A DNA stretch of 64,000 nt. Source: the human T2T-CHM13v2.0 reference genome, Homo sapiens. The notes under the pieces were generated by a model. That model saw nothing but the letters and a program-made list of their open reading frames with translations. It searched no databases and was not told where the DNA came from. The position numbers and the translations under genes were made by a program. Shown here in pieces: positions 1 to 18,719 of the stretch; the first letter of the stretch is position 1; every line of letters begins with the position of its first letter. The stretch is taken from NCBI RefSeq assembly GCF_009914755.1, contig NC_060934.1; one strand, given 5' to 3'.

Positions 1-1380
1 GCCTAGTACTTGCAATCAAAACTCCCCTCTGATGATACTCATTCATTTTGAGAATCCCAATCTCTGTTCCAAATACCTGCCCCTTGTTGAACCTCCCCAA
101 CTTCAACGCTAGTAGTCTGAACTACTGTCTATTTTTTATTCATTCTAGACAAAATACTCTACCTGGCTGACTGGACTTGGTCTTGTCATCTGCTTTTCGG
201 TAGATATCCTAAAGCAAGATGACTCACCTGTCAGTATGACCGACTAATCTTCCAGCTGTAGGTGTTCCTGATCTGGCCTATCTGTCACTAACCACTACCA
301 GTTCTAGAAAACATGCTAAATAAGAAATACGTTCCAGAGAAAGATACAGAGGAATCAGAGGATTTGACAGATAAAAGAGTTCTATTATTGCGTCAGAAGG
401 AAGTGATGCATGTTGGTAGTTCAAGAATCCCGTTTGAGGTGTATGTGTAGAGAGTTCACAGAAATCATATAGCTATATGAAGGGTGTATGGTATCTCTTA
501 AGGGCATTCAATACATGATAGAGCCTATGAAGACTCAGGCCTAGGAACTCGGGCTTCCACTTTTGTTGATTTCTCAGAAAATGAATGGATTGATTCTCAA
601 GGAGACTTCTAAAAAATATACTAAGTAGAAGAATCTGGCAGATGGTCTTCCCATCTACTCTTCCATGAAACGCTTGATTTCTTTTTTTTTTTTTTTAGAG
701 ACAGGGTCTCACTCTGACACCCAAGCTGGAGTGGAGTGGACTTGCCCTCTGAAACAAGAAAACCTTAAACTCAGTTCTGAGAGAGAAAGTAAACAAGCTG
801 CCAAGCCAGATGCTCTGGAAGATGACTATCTGACACAGAAAGCAGACACTCAGGCTGTGCAGTAATGCTCAGGTTAAAAAAAAAAAAGGAGGGGAAAAAG
901 GCAGACTCATCAAGTACAGTCCTTAGGGATTTGGATAGCTATATACCAAAGTGAGGTGTATGGGTAACATTTGAAATGTTATTATAAGGAAACAGACAAG
1001 CACAGTTCCTCAGACTAGGCACAGATCAAATACCAGACTAACAAAAAGAGATACCTTTGCAGACCAAGAGTTAGTATATCATTAAGGAATTCCAGATTGA
1101 AATATACAATGAAAGGGTATGTATGAGGTAATAAATAAAGACAGGGAAGAAAGTAACGGTACAGACAGAGTATACACACATCAAACCCATATAGATACCT
1201 ATGAACCAGAGTGTGAAAGTACAGGGAAGAGCACTTGAATTAGGAGAAAAGGTCACAATAATTGAAGTACAGACACCTATAGTATACACAACCGCAGACA
1301 GTTGAGAAAAACTAGTACAAATATTGTAGCATTTTAGACCATCTGCCGAAAATCTAATTATACCAAAAAATAAGGTTTCC

Positions 1381-1885
<505 letters not shown>

Positions 1886-2327
1886 TAAAAAATGAAACAT
1901 GAGAAAACACAACCTTTTCATACTAAAACTTACAACAGCAAGAAAAGGAAACAGCGGGCTAGAATGAATGCTGTTGACTTCAAGTACATTTAAAAATGTT
2001 TGGAGCGAATGCAGCTGTCGAAGCTGGATGGAACTCATCTGGAAACAAAAGGTCTCCTGACTACAGACATGAAAAGGCAATATGGTTCCCAAAGAATAAA
2101 CTCTCCTGAGATTTTTACAAATGATGCCTAACACAGAATAGGGAAAAGATGTCCAAAGAATGAGAAGAGGCTTCATAGGTAATTGTGATTAATTCAAACA
2201 ATTAGTGGAAAGGGCACAGACCTGGCAATAAGAAACTGAGATTCTGGCAGATACTCTGAATCACTTTCTTTGAAATCTTGCCAAAATCACAGATCTAAGT
2301 TAGGCACAAGCCATTTAGCCTCTCTAA

Positions 2328-3461
<1,134 letters not shown>

Positions 3462-3714
3462 TAAAGTGTTTCTTAAAGTAAGAAAAAAGTCAAGAAAGAT
3501 TAGGCTTAAAGTTTAGAAAATTCAGTCAACTTTTACTGAGTTCTTACCAGGTCAAATTCTGGGAAAGACAAAATATAGTTCCTATTTGGAAAAACTCATA
3601 ATTTAATAGGACACATGACCTATAGCAAAATGTAATCAGTTAATCTCATGTTAACAGATGGCAGGACTACTCCTCTCTTATTTACCTGGTCTTTGAAATA
3701 AACATGGCTCTTTA

Positions 3715-4890
<1,176 letters not shown>

Positions 4891-5623
4891 CTGTTTATTT
4901 CCCTACCTGGTTGCAATGTTAAACTTGTCTCAGCGGGTATTAAAGAAGGTAATCTTACCCTTGAGCCACCCTAGTCTGGTCTGGCAGCTGGCAATATTAT
5001 CCCAGGCTGTTTTGCACCATGTATCACTGACCTACTACAGTTACAACTGTTAACAGTCACAGAGACCAATCCTGTAGAGGAAAAGTGCTTTCTCTTTAAA
5101 TGTGAGAGTAAAAAGAGGTATTTAATTGCATAAGATATCAAATTTAGAAATATGCAATTTCAAAAGTAAAACATATGCTCCAGCAAATGCACTCCTACGA
5201 AGTGTTGCTGGGTCAATTACTGGCTCTAGAGCAGCAAGAATTATAATTTAAATCATGGTTTTTTCTTACAAAAATGAAAAAGCACATCCTTATTATATGG
5301 TATAACTTTAATATAGCATTACCTTGTGTTTGTACAACACTTTTTGACTTTGCTAAATCATTTTACATCATACAGATAAAGCACTATCCCCACTTTGCAG
5401 ATGAGCAGGGTTCAAGGAAATTAAATGACAGCCAGTATTCATGACATTATATAAAGTTAACTTTTCACAAGTCCCCCTTTCAGGACTGTCAACTCTGAGG
5501 TTTCATGTAAGTGATTCAATAAACATTGAAAGAAAAAAATGATGTATCCAAGATCTCATGACTAGTAGTAGGTGACAAAACCACACAAAATTAGTAACTG
5601 GAAGGAATCTTAAAGATTGTCTA

Positions 5624-6137
<514 letters not shown>

Positions 6138-6432
6138 AAAACAGATTGTCTAACAAGTTCTATTAGTAAATCTATAGCTCTTTCTCCTCATGTTGGTAAG
6201 AGGTTTTATTTGTAGAAGGTATATGATAAAATTCAACCGGATTTAGGCTGATTTTTCCCCCCTGGAAATATAGGTACACTGAGGAAAATACAAATATTTA
6301 AACTGTTTTACTTGCCTAAATGAGGCAAGTAAATTAAAACCAGTGTGGCAAGTAAAGTAAAAATTAGTGTGTGTTCTGGGTATTTTTCTTCAATGTATTT
6401 TAATGATGTAAGTAAATGCATGTATCACTTAA

Positions 6433-7015
<583 letters not shown>

Positions 7016-7610
7016 TCAATGTGTTTTCGTTAGTGGTTACTGCTTTTCATGTTCTATCTGAGAAATCTTTGCCTATCGCAAGGTTTTGAAGATATTTTTC
7101 TATTTTTTCTGGAAGTTTTATAGATTTAGTGTTTATATTTAGGTCTATGATCTATCTCAAATTTTATAAATAGTATGAGGCAAAGGTCAAGTTTCATCAT
7201 TTTTCATATAGATACGCAGCTAGTAGAACAGCACCATTTGTTGAAAAGATTTTCCATTCTCAATTATGTTGATGCTCTTCTCAAAAATAAAATCAACTGA
7301 CTGGCCGGGTGCAGTGGCTCATGCCTGTAATCCCAGCACTTTGGGAGGCCGAGAACGGTGGATCACCTGAGGTCATGAGTTCGAGACCAGCCTGACCAAC
7401 ATGGAGAAACCCCGTCTCTATTAAAAATACAAAATTAGCCAGACATGGTGGTGCGTGCCTGTAATCCCAGCTACTCGGGAGGCTGAGGCAAGAGAATCGC
7501 TTAAACTCGGGAGATGGAGGTTTCAGTGAGCTGAGATCGCACCATGGCATTCCAGCCTGGGCAACAAGAGTGAAACTCCATCTCAAAAAAAAAAAAACCC
7601 CAACTGACTG

Positions 7611-7870
7611 ATAGATGAATGCATAAAGAAAATATGGTATATACATATAATGGAACACTATTTAGCCTTAAAAAGAAAGGGAATCCTGTCATATGCTACA
7701 ACATGGATGAACCTTGAAGACATTATAGTAAGTGAAATGAACCAGGCACAGAAAGGTATGTTGTATGATTCTACTTACATTAGGTATCGAAAGTAGTTAA
7801 ACCCATAGAAACAGAATGTAGAATAGTGATTATCAGAAGGCAGAGAGAAAAGGGAAGTTGTTTTTTAATC
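7611..7870 (+). mobile_element. L1MB-type 3' UTR fragment
   Basis: atggaacactatttagccttaaaaagaaagggaatcctgtcatatgctacaacatggatgaaccttgaagacatta. Confidence 0.8.
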
Positions 7871-7993
7871 ACAACAAAAAAATCAACTGACCATGTATGT
7901 GTGGAACTATATCTGGACTCTGTTCTCTTCCAATGATTTCTTTGTCTATCCATATGATGTCAATACTACCGTGTCTTAATTACTGAAGCTTTA

Positions 7994-9456
<1,463 letters not shown>

Positions 9457-11004
9457 ACAGCCTACCAGGATTTTGGTTATGATTACATTGAGTCTATGAA
9501 TCAGATTGGAGAGAACTAACATATTAATAATATCAAGTCTCCTAATGTATGACTATAGTATGCTTCTCCATTTATTTAGGTCTTCTTTCATTTTTCTCGG
9601 CTAATATTTGCTCTCTTCTACTGTTTTTAGTTTTTTATGTAGAAGTCTTGCTTATCTTTGGTTAAACTCATTCCTAGTAATATTATGCTTTTGTTGCTAT
9701 TATAAATACTTCTTTTAATTTTCTATTTTTTTGTTGCTATATATAGATATGCAGTTGATTTTTGTATGTTGACCTTGCAACCTGTGACTGTGCTGAATTC
9801 AGTTATTGGTTCCAGATTTTTGAAGGGGAAAGTAGATTCCTTAGGATTTTCTACATATGCAATTATGTGTATCAGTGCATATATCACTTTAAACCATTTA
9901 AATTATGTGAACTATATCTCGCCATCCCCCACTAAACTACGTCAGGCATGAATAACTTAACATATTACGTTATACAAATATTTAATCTACAACTTTCTCT
10001 GTTGTTCACTGAATGGAAAAGGAAAGATTTCTTCGTTTTTCAATTCCTCAGTAAATTATCTAGAGTTGAAAAAGAGCATTTGCTGTTAAAGGCAGAATGA
10101 TCAACTCAGCAATCTCTAATGAATTCACAGCTGTCAGTAACTTTGTCTAGTTTTTCAGTAAGATTTTCTGTATCATAATCAATTCTTGAGTAATTAAGGA
10201 TTAGGCAATAAATGGGGACTTAAAATATTGGCAAGAAACTGCGTAGGAAACATTGTAACCTACTGGGTACCTCAAACCAGAAATTTAATTTCTAAATAAT
10301 TTCACATGTTATTTTCATTGAAAAAGACTTCTAAATTTTGACCCTTAATATATTTTTTAAACCTCAAAACCATGGTATCTTATTCCAATTTAAAAATTCT
10401 AGGCTCAGTAAGAAAAAAGAAAAGAAAATTCTAGACTGGGCACAGTGGCTCACGACGGCTGTAATCCCAGCACTTTGTGGGGCTAAGCCGGACTGCTTGA
10501 GGCCAGGAGTTTGAGATCCACCTGGGCAACACAGTGAGACCCTATCTCTATAAAAAATTGTTCTTGAAGCTAGATAATTATCTGTACTCATCCAAACACT
10601 GTATCATAATATAAAAAAATCATTAAAACTTTTTAAATACAGATAGGGTGTCACTATGCTGCTCAGGCTGGTCTTAAACTCCTAGTCTCAAGTGATCCTC
10701 CTCTGCCTTGGCTTCCCAAAAAATAGAATATTTAGCTGAATCCTAGCATGAGGTCAGGTAAAATCTGGCTAATAGTATTTCCTAGAAGAAAGTCACCCGA
10801 GTCCACCAACCACCTAGGAGTGACAATAGATAGGCCAAGCCCACCTGAACATTAGAAGACATTAATTATTGTTCTCAACCTAAACAGTATAGTGCAAGTC
10901 ATATATATGCAATTATCGCTAATGAAGCTTTGATAATATGTCTGGAAAAGTTCAAACAATGGTAACTAGGAAAAGATTCTGATAGGATAGTTCTGTCAAA
11001 AAGA

Positions 11005-11424
<420 letters not shown>

Positions 11425-12078
11425 TAACAGAGGAGAAAAATTAAAAATGTAAAACATGTCATTCAATTATATTCCCTCTATCATTTGACTTTAGAAAACA
11501 TAGATGAAATTCAGTTTTATGGGAGGAATATCATGTGGTGGCTCACAAGCACTTTAAGGACTACTTTCCTCTAGCAAGAATACCTCTGCTACTATAAGAG
11601 TTTGGACTTTTGATTTCCAGGTTAACCACTGGTCAATCAGGAGGATTCTGAGATTGTAATCTTTACTGTGGCTTAAGAAAAAGAGGGTGCCTTCATTTGC
11701 TTATATGAGTCAGATAGGTGGGCTGATACTTTGGGCGTTTGAGTTAGAATAAAGCCAGGTTAAGACAGGTTATTATTCTATTTTATTTATGATAATAAAA
11801 TTATATTTGTTTTTAAAAATGTCCTCATCTTTTAGAGATATTGCCTCAAAATAATTTAGGGTGGAAGGGGGATGACTGAAGAGGGATGGGTATAGATTAA
11901 AAAAGACTGGCCATGTATCAATGGTTGAAGCTTGGTGTTGCTTCATTATACTATTCTCTACTTTTGTAATGCTTGATAAAATGTTTAAAAGCATTTTATT
12001 CACAATTTCAAATTTTTTCAGATTCTAATCATTATTGAAAATTTAGTGTATAATAGTAAAATCTGTATGGTGACTCAC

Positions 12079-12182
12079 CGGACATTTTCTGGTCTGAGTT
12101 TATCGAGAACCATCTCTATTAAGTCAGGTCTAAATTCTTCCAGTAAATATTCCGCTGTGAGCACCTCTTCTAGGGGATAATA
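12079..12182 (-). CDS. IDE: IDE exon 11 (104 bp); last coding exon in the window
   Basis: [34 protein letters not shown](R). Acceptor cctttttaaaag, donor CCG|gtgagt. The next IDE peptide (VAIVSKSFEGK...) was not found in 1-12078. Confidence 0.97.
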
Positions 12183-12729
12183 CTTTTAAAAAGGAAAATA
12201 TAAATAAATAAAATATACAAAGCTACTACATAGTTTATTAAAGCAGATCTGTAACACATTAAATTCATTACTGTACACCCTTTCTCTCTTCAGTTAAATT
12301 TTACTCCATTGGAAAAATTTTCTGTAGCCCTAAATCGTTGTCTCTTTCCTACCACATTGTTAAGCAGTTTCATATTGTTTGATGATTCTGCCAAATATAC
12401 TGTTAATCCCCAAACATACTTCCATTGTAGAGAGCAAAATCACATTTCTTTCGGGGAAAACCACGAATGTTTCTGGTTAAAAACTGAGTACTTGTTAATG
12501 AAGAAAATTCGATATTAAAATGCTGACACCTACAGGATTTTTAAAATATAAAGTACACACATTTTTATGAACAGAATTTCCTCCTAAATTTCTATGAAAC
12601 AAATTAGACAAACATTTAGGAAGCGGCTGTGGAAAAAAAAATGGCTTATATTTTTGGCCAGTGTAGAAAAACAATGCAGAAGATGCTTTTTGGTAAGAGC
12701 AACTTCCAATATACTGAGACACACTGACT

Positions 12730-13430
12730 GATTCATTCATCTAATAAATATTTAATGAACATCTACTATGTGCCAGACACTGTTCCACACACTATGGATA
12801 CAAAAGTAGGTAAGACACATGAAATCCTTTGTCCTCCAAGAAGCACACAGACATTGTAATTGGGAGGGAGGCAGACAACAAACAAATATTGTAATGTTAG
12901 TGAGAGATGCTATGAAAACAATAAAAAAAGGGGCAGGGGCATTATTTTAGATTGGGAGGTCAGAGAAGGTCTGAGGAGAAGAACTCTGAGTGGAGACTGA
13001 AATGATAAGAACCTAGCCAGGCAAAGATCAGATAGAACAGTGTTTCATGTAGAGAAAATAGCAATGGGGGAGGAATAAACTTAATGCTTGAAAATTAGAG
13101 AGCCAGTACAGTTGGAGTGGAATGCAAATGGGAGAGGTGGGCTGGACAGTGGTATAGAAGATGGCCAGATAGGCTGGGGCCACATCACCTTGTAGGCCAA
13201 GGAAAATTTTGCATTTTATGCCAACTCTGTTGGGAAACCACTGAAGGAATTTAAACAGAGGAGTGAAACATTCAGATTTTAGTTTTCAAAAGATCACGAG
13301 CCTGGAAAAATAAACTACAATGGGGACCAAGAGGAAAATAGGGATCGCAGGTAAAAGACTATCATGGTAGCCCAAGCAAGAAATGATGATAGCTCAGACT
13401 AGGATGGTAGCAATGGAAATTTTAAAAAAG
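12730..13430 (-). mobile_element. L2 LINE relic
   Basis: attcattcatctaataaatatttaatgaacatctactatgtgccagacactg is the reverse complement of the L2 3' end, followed by typical L2 body sequence. Confidence 0.8.
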
Positions 13431-13726
13431 TAAATGATCAATAGCTTTCATATAAGTAACACCTGATATGCTGTAGAACTGAAATATATTTAAAGCCAAT
13501 AAGCAAAATGCATATTTAATAAAAATATTACATAAAATAAATTTCACGATGATGAAAATTAAGATTTTAAACATCTCCTGACATCAACATTTGCCCTGTT
13601 GCTACAAAGTTGAAAGCTTTATACCTCAGCTTCAATTGTAATCATTCACTTATTACTGAAAATATATGCAAGATTGCTGAAATACTCCACACAGCAATGT
13701 ATACAGTAAAATAACAACAAACTTAC

Positions 13727-13807
13727 ATGCAATATTCCTGCAATCTTAGATGTATAGCCCCGTGGCCTCTCTTTGTCTTTAAACCTAAAAGCAACAGCAT
13801 TCAAGTC
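13727..13807 (-). CDS. IDE: IDE exon 10 (81 bp)
   Basis: [27 protein letters not shown]. Acceptor tattttag, donor CAT|gtaagt. Confidence 0.97.
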
Positions 13808-14859
13808 CTAAAATAGAAAGTTAATCCAATTAGATACGGCCACCCTTATTTAGAAACCTTTTTTTTTTTTTTTAAGTGTTTGGCTTGCACTATAAGCTTT
13901 CTACTCCATATTTAACTTTATCACACTTTCTGAAAAAATGGCTATGCTTGATTTAGAAATGTATAGAATATTTTAAAAATTTCTTAATGTGTATAAAATT
14001 TAATCCATCAATCTAGGCTTAAAACCAAAAGCAAAATAGGTAAACAACTTTCAATGAAAATAACAAATACAGGATATGGCTCGATAGCCTAAGTTGTTGA
14101 AACTAATAGCCAAAGAATTTAGAAAAACTGTGTGAAAGAACCTTGTGAGATCCAACAATTCCACCATAGATGATTTTGGTGACTCATTCAGAGAACAGCA
14201 CCCAGATTAGGAGTTATTGTCATAATTTTCAGAAGCAGAGATTATACCTTTAAACTTTTATCTAGTTAAAAAGGATGTTTCTCATACTAAAATACATTTG
14301 AGAATCTCGATAGGCTTTAAAGCACGTATTTTTAAAAACCCTTTTTTAAAAGGCTTTTAAAAATTTGAAAGACAAACACCATTTGTTTTACGCAAAAAAA
14401 AAAGCCAGCCTCTTCCCATACATACAATAATAAAATCACTTTTAATAACACAATCATACATAAAGCAATTCATTACTTCTTTGAGAGTTTGCTACAGATT
14501 TAAAGATCTGAAAACGACAGAGCTCATGCAGCTTCAGGCAGGGAGTAACATAATCCCTGACATATTCCAGCTCAAGAAACTGCTGATTTTCTTCTGAGTG
14601 ATGGAAAAGCATTTGATTTCTTCCCTTTTCCATCCTAAAAAGGGCTACACGATGCCTTTCCCCTTAGTTGTGCCCCAAGTAGCAAATCAGACTAGTACAA
14701 CTAAGCCTTAACTAATACTATTATACATTGCAAAATTTTAGACTTCAGTTAGGAAAAAAACTTTAAAAGTTTAACTGGGCCTTAAATTTAAATTAATTCA
14801 CATGTATTTGCTCTTGAAAAACAGATTCCTTAAGAAAAATTTTGGTGAAACAAAAGTAC

Positions 14860-14951
14860 CTTGCACTCTTGGAAAACCCATTCTTGAGGTCCTTCTGCAC
14901 GTAACTTCTGAATGTATTGAAACATGTGCAAAATTATATCTTCAACATGTA
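14860..14951 (-). CDS. IDE: IDE exon 9 (92 bp)
   Basis: [31 protein letters not shown]. Acceptor ttttttccag, donor AAG|gtactt. Confidence 0.97.
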
Positions 14952-15397
14952 CTGGAAAAAAGGGGCACACTTAAAAACCATTCAGTCCTTGAATCCTTCA
15001 AAGCAGTGAGCTCACTCCTAAGGTAAAGTCAGATAAGTGGAAGATGGTCCCTCTTAGAAAATGCAGTCCTCACCTCCCTGAGACTGGCTTTACGTGTCCC
15101 ACATACATGGCCCTCTGGGCTCAGAGATATGTGACAGAAAGGGTGTTGGGGCAGTAAATGAGCAAATAAAAAGCCAAGTCCACATTTAACAAGTGCAACA
15201 TAATGATCAGTTGTTAAGGGGGGAAGAATCATCCATGAAACAAAGGCCAAGTTACATATGAAAAATACAATGGATAAGTTGTATGAATTAAAGTGTTGTA
15301 GCTTTCAACATAAAACAGATCCACAGCATGAAGAAGTTAAAAAACATCATAGAAAGTAAATTTTCATTCAAAAGTAAAAAGGTGAATCAATACTTAC

Positions 15398-15490
15398 ATA
15401 ATCCTTCCTCGGTCAAGTCCACATTAATGATAAAAAACATAAAACCTCGGGCTCCTTCCTTCTGCCCACCAACAAGAGTATTAACCCAGC
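15398..15490 (-). CDS. IDE: IDE exon 8 (93 bp)
   Basis: [31 protein letters not shown](L), read by hand. Acceptor gttgcag, donor TAT|gtaagt. Confidence 0.97.
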
Positions 15491-16012
15491 CTGCAACATT
15501 CAAAGGAAATCAATACGATTGATTGCATATGTGGCTTCCTTGAAGATAAGAAAAATTTTAAAAATTCATACTGTATGTTCCTAAGATATCAGAATGAACC
15601 TCTTGCGAAAAGATTGGGAAAAAAAAATCAGTTCAGAAAAGCAGTTTAAGATGGTGCAGAAGTGGGGGCTTTCCTGAAGATTCCTCAAATCAATTCCCAG
15701 TCAAGAGTAGACTACTGGCTGGGCGCGGTGGCTCATGCCTCTAATCCCAGCACTTTAGGAGGCCAAGATGGGCGGATCGCTTGAGACCAGGAGTTTGAGA
15801 CTAGCCTAGGCAAAATGGCGAAACCCCATCTCTATCTAAAAAAGAAAAAAAAAAAAAAAAGGCAACAGCGTGCCAACAACCACCATCTCACTCACTAACC
15901 CAAAATGGTCACATCTAACAATGTTCCTTCATAGGACACTATTCAGGAGAAAATGAGAGCCAGAGTGAAAAGATGTGGTGGACACTCAGAAGATGCTGCC
16001 CAGGAGACTTAC

Positions 16013-16175
16013 CCTTTGACTTAAGTTCTGATAACAGACTTCCAGGACCTTCATGCCCAATGAGATGACCAAGATAATGACCAGGATTTGATTTGTAGTA
16101 TTTCTGAAGGTCAGGTATGGGAAATGTCACATAGAGATTCCTAATATCTTTAATGGGTACTATTTTGTAAAGTTG
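16013..16175 (-). CDS. IDE: IDE exon 7 (163 bp; part of the substrate exosite)
   Basis: [54 protein letters not shown](G). Acceptor ttctccag, donor AGG|gtaagt. Confidence 0.98.
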
Positions 16176-16595
16176 CTGGAGAAAACAAATCACAGAGATT
16201 AGCTATATACGACTCCTACTGAAGAAAATATTTCTAAACTATGAAGAATGATTTTCATGGGAGAATCCCAAATTTAAGAGCAAATCAATTGCCACAGAAA
16301 ATGATACACTGACCACAAAGAAATAAATGACTCAGCACTCTCCTAGTGGAATTTCATTACAGTCGGTATATAGTCCATGTTTGACCCCCTGAACCATGCA
16401 GCTAAATATTAATGGTTTTGAATGCTTATCTTCAGGTACAGGTTAACAGCTTCAACAGTCTATTAAGACTACAGCTACCAAAACTACTTTTAGCATGTAA
16501 AGACCAGAACATATTGATATGTTTTTGGTGATTCATGATCCTAATAAATGTGAGATTGATTTTATTATCCCGACAAATATTTAAAACCACATGGG

Positions 16596-17225
16596 GGCCG
16601 GGTGCGGTGGCTCACACCTATAATCCTCGCACTTTGGGAGGCTGAGGGAGACAGATCACCTGAGGTCAGGAGTTCGACCTCAGCCTGGCCAACATGGTGA
16701 AACCCCATTTCTATTAAAAATACAAAAATTAGCCAGGCACAGTGGCATGCACCTATAGTTCCAGCTACTCAGGAGGCTGAGGCAGAAGAATTGCTTGAAC
16801 CTGGGAAGCAGAGGTTGCAGGGAGCCACGATCGCGCCGCTGCACTCCAGCCTGGGCAACAGAGTGAGACTCCATGTCAAAAAAACCAAAAACAGAAACAA
16901 ACAAACAAAAAACACTACATAGGGGCTGGGTGCAGTGGCTCACGCCTGTAATCCCAGCATTTTGGGAGGCTGAGACAGGTGGGCCACTTGAGATCAGGAG
17001 TTCGAGATCAGTCAAGGCAACATGGTGAAACCCTGTGTCTACTAAAAATACAAAAATTAGCCAGGTGTGGTAGTGTGTACTTGTAGTCCCAACTACTCAG
17101 AAGGCTGAGGTGGGAGGATCAATTCAGCCAGGGAGGTTGAGGCTTCAGTGAGCCATGATCGCACCACTGCATTCCAGCCTGGGTGACAATGCAAGACTCT
17201 GTTTCCAAAAAAAAAAAAAAAAAAA
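16596..17225 (+). mobile_element. Two tandem Alus in intron 6
   Basis: Two full dimers with related flanks aaaccacatggggg / aactacatagggg. Confidence 0.9.
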
Positions 17226-17335
17226 CACAACATAAATAATGAAACCTCCAAAAATTTTCACCTGTTCTATGGTAAACTAGGTATATATTATGTCCATAAA
17301 TTAAGAAGACAAAATACCAAAATTTATGCACTTAC

Positions 17336-17448
17336 TTTAAGATGTTCTTCTTGGAAAGGGTGTTCAGGAAATTCTGGCAATGGAACATTTTTGTTCTCTA
17401 CTTCAGAAAATAACTTTACCACCAGATTAGTCAAGTCATCTAAAGATT
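17336..17448 (-). CDS. IDE: IDE exon 6 (113 bp)
   Basis: [38 protein letters not shown], read by hand (not in the ORF track). Acceptor tcttgtag, donor AAA|gtaagt. Confidence 0.97.
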
Positions 17449-17904
17449 CTACAAGAAAACAGACAAGGAAAACAGAACTTAAGCGAATCATAACATCCAA
17501 CAGGGAGTGCTTAAAATCTTAGGATCTCCTGAAAAGTCTCAGTACTACTGAAAGGAAAATGTGAAAATGATTACACCTCACACCTATCTGTTTCTACTTT
17601 AAAAAATTATTCACAAATATTATTCAAAATATTATTTCACAAGTATTATAATAAAATTAAAACAAATATTAGAAACAATAATAATTGCATTTGGAAAAAT
17701 GACTATGATTCCCAACAGGCATATATACTGAACTACTAGCAGATAGAGTATAATGTTCACCTTATACATAGACAGAGAATTGCCTTCTATGGTATAAAAT
17801 TATCTTTTGTGCCTTTAAATGTATTTGCATTTTATTTATAAAAGACGCCTATTTTTACTTTAGTTTTTTGACACGTATGAAGGACTCCAAAATGCACATT
17901 TTAT

Positions 17905-18197
17905 ATGTGTGTGTGTATATATATATCACATATATGATATATATCACATACATCTCACATATATGATATATATCACATACATCTCACATATATGATATAT
18001 ATCACATACATCTCACATGTATGAAATATAGCACATACATCTCACATATATGATATATAGCACATACATCTCACATATATGATATATAGCACATACATAT
18101 CACATATATGATATATAGCACATACATATCACACATATGATATATATCACATATATATCACATACATGATATATCACATATATCATATATATGATAT
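17905..18197. repeat. 29-bp minisatellite (TCACATATATGATATATATCACATACATC)n, about 9 degenerate copies
   Basis: catctcacat recurs at 17951 and 17980 (period 29); preceded by (GT)n(AT)n. Confidence 0.9.
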
Positions 18198-18376
18198 TAG
18201 CAAAATTCTACTTTTGGAAGTATAACAAGAAATGAGTTAGATCTTTGAGAAGAGGGCACAGCAGTCATAGGATGGAATAAAGAACAGCTTGCTTTTTATT
18301 TTATACCTTTCTGTGTGGAATTAAATTTTTTCCATTTGTACAAATTACTATTATCCTAAAAAGAAAGCAGTGTTAA

Positions 18377-18719
<343 letters not shown>

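Noticed and set aside
17905-18197. CRISPR-like appearance of regular ~29-bp repeats
   Set aside because: The units are contiguous with no unique spacers, there are no cas genes, and the context is a human intron.
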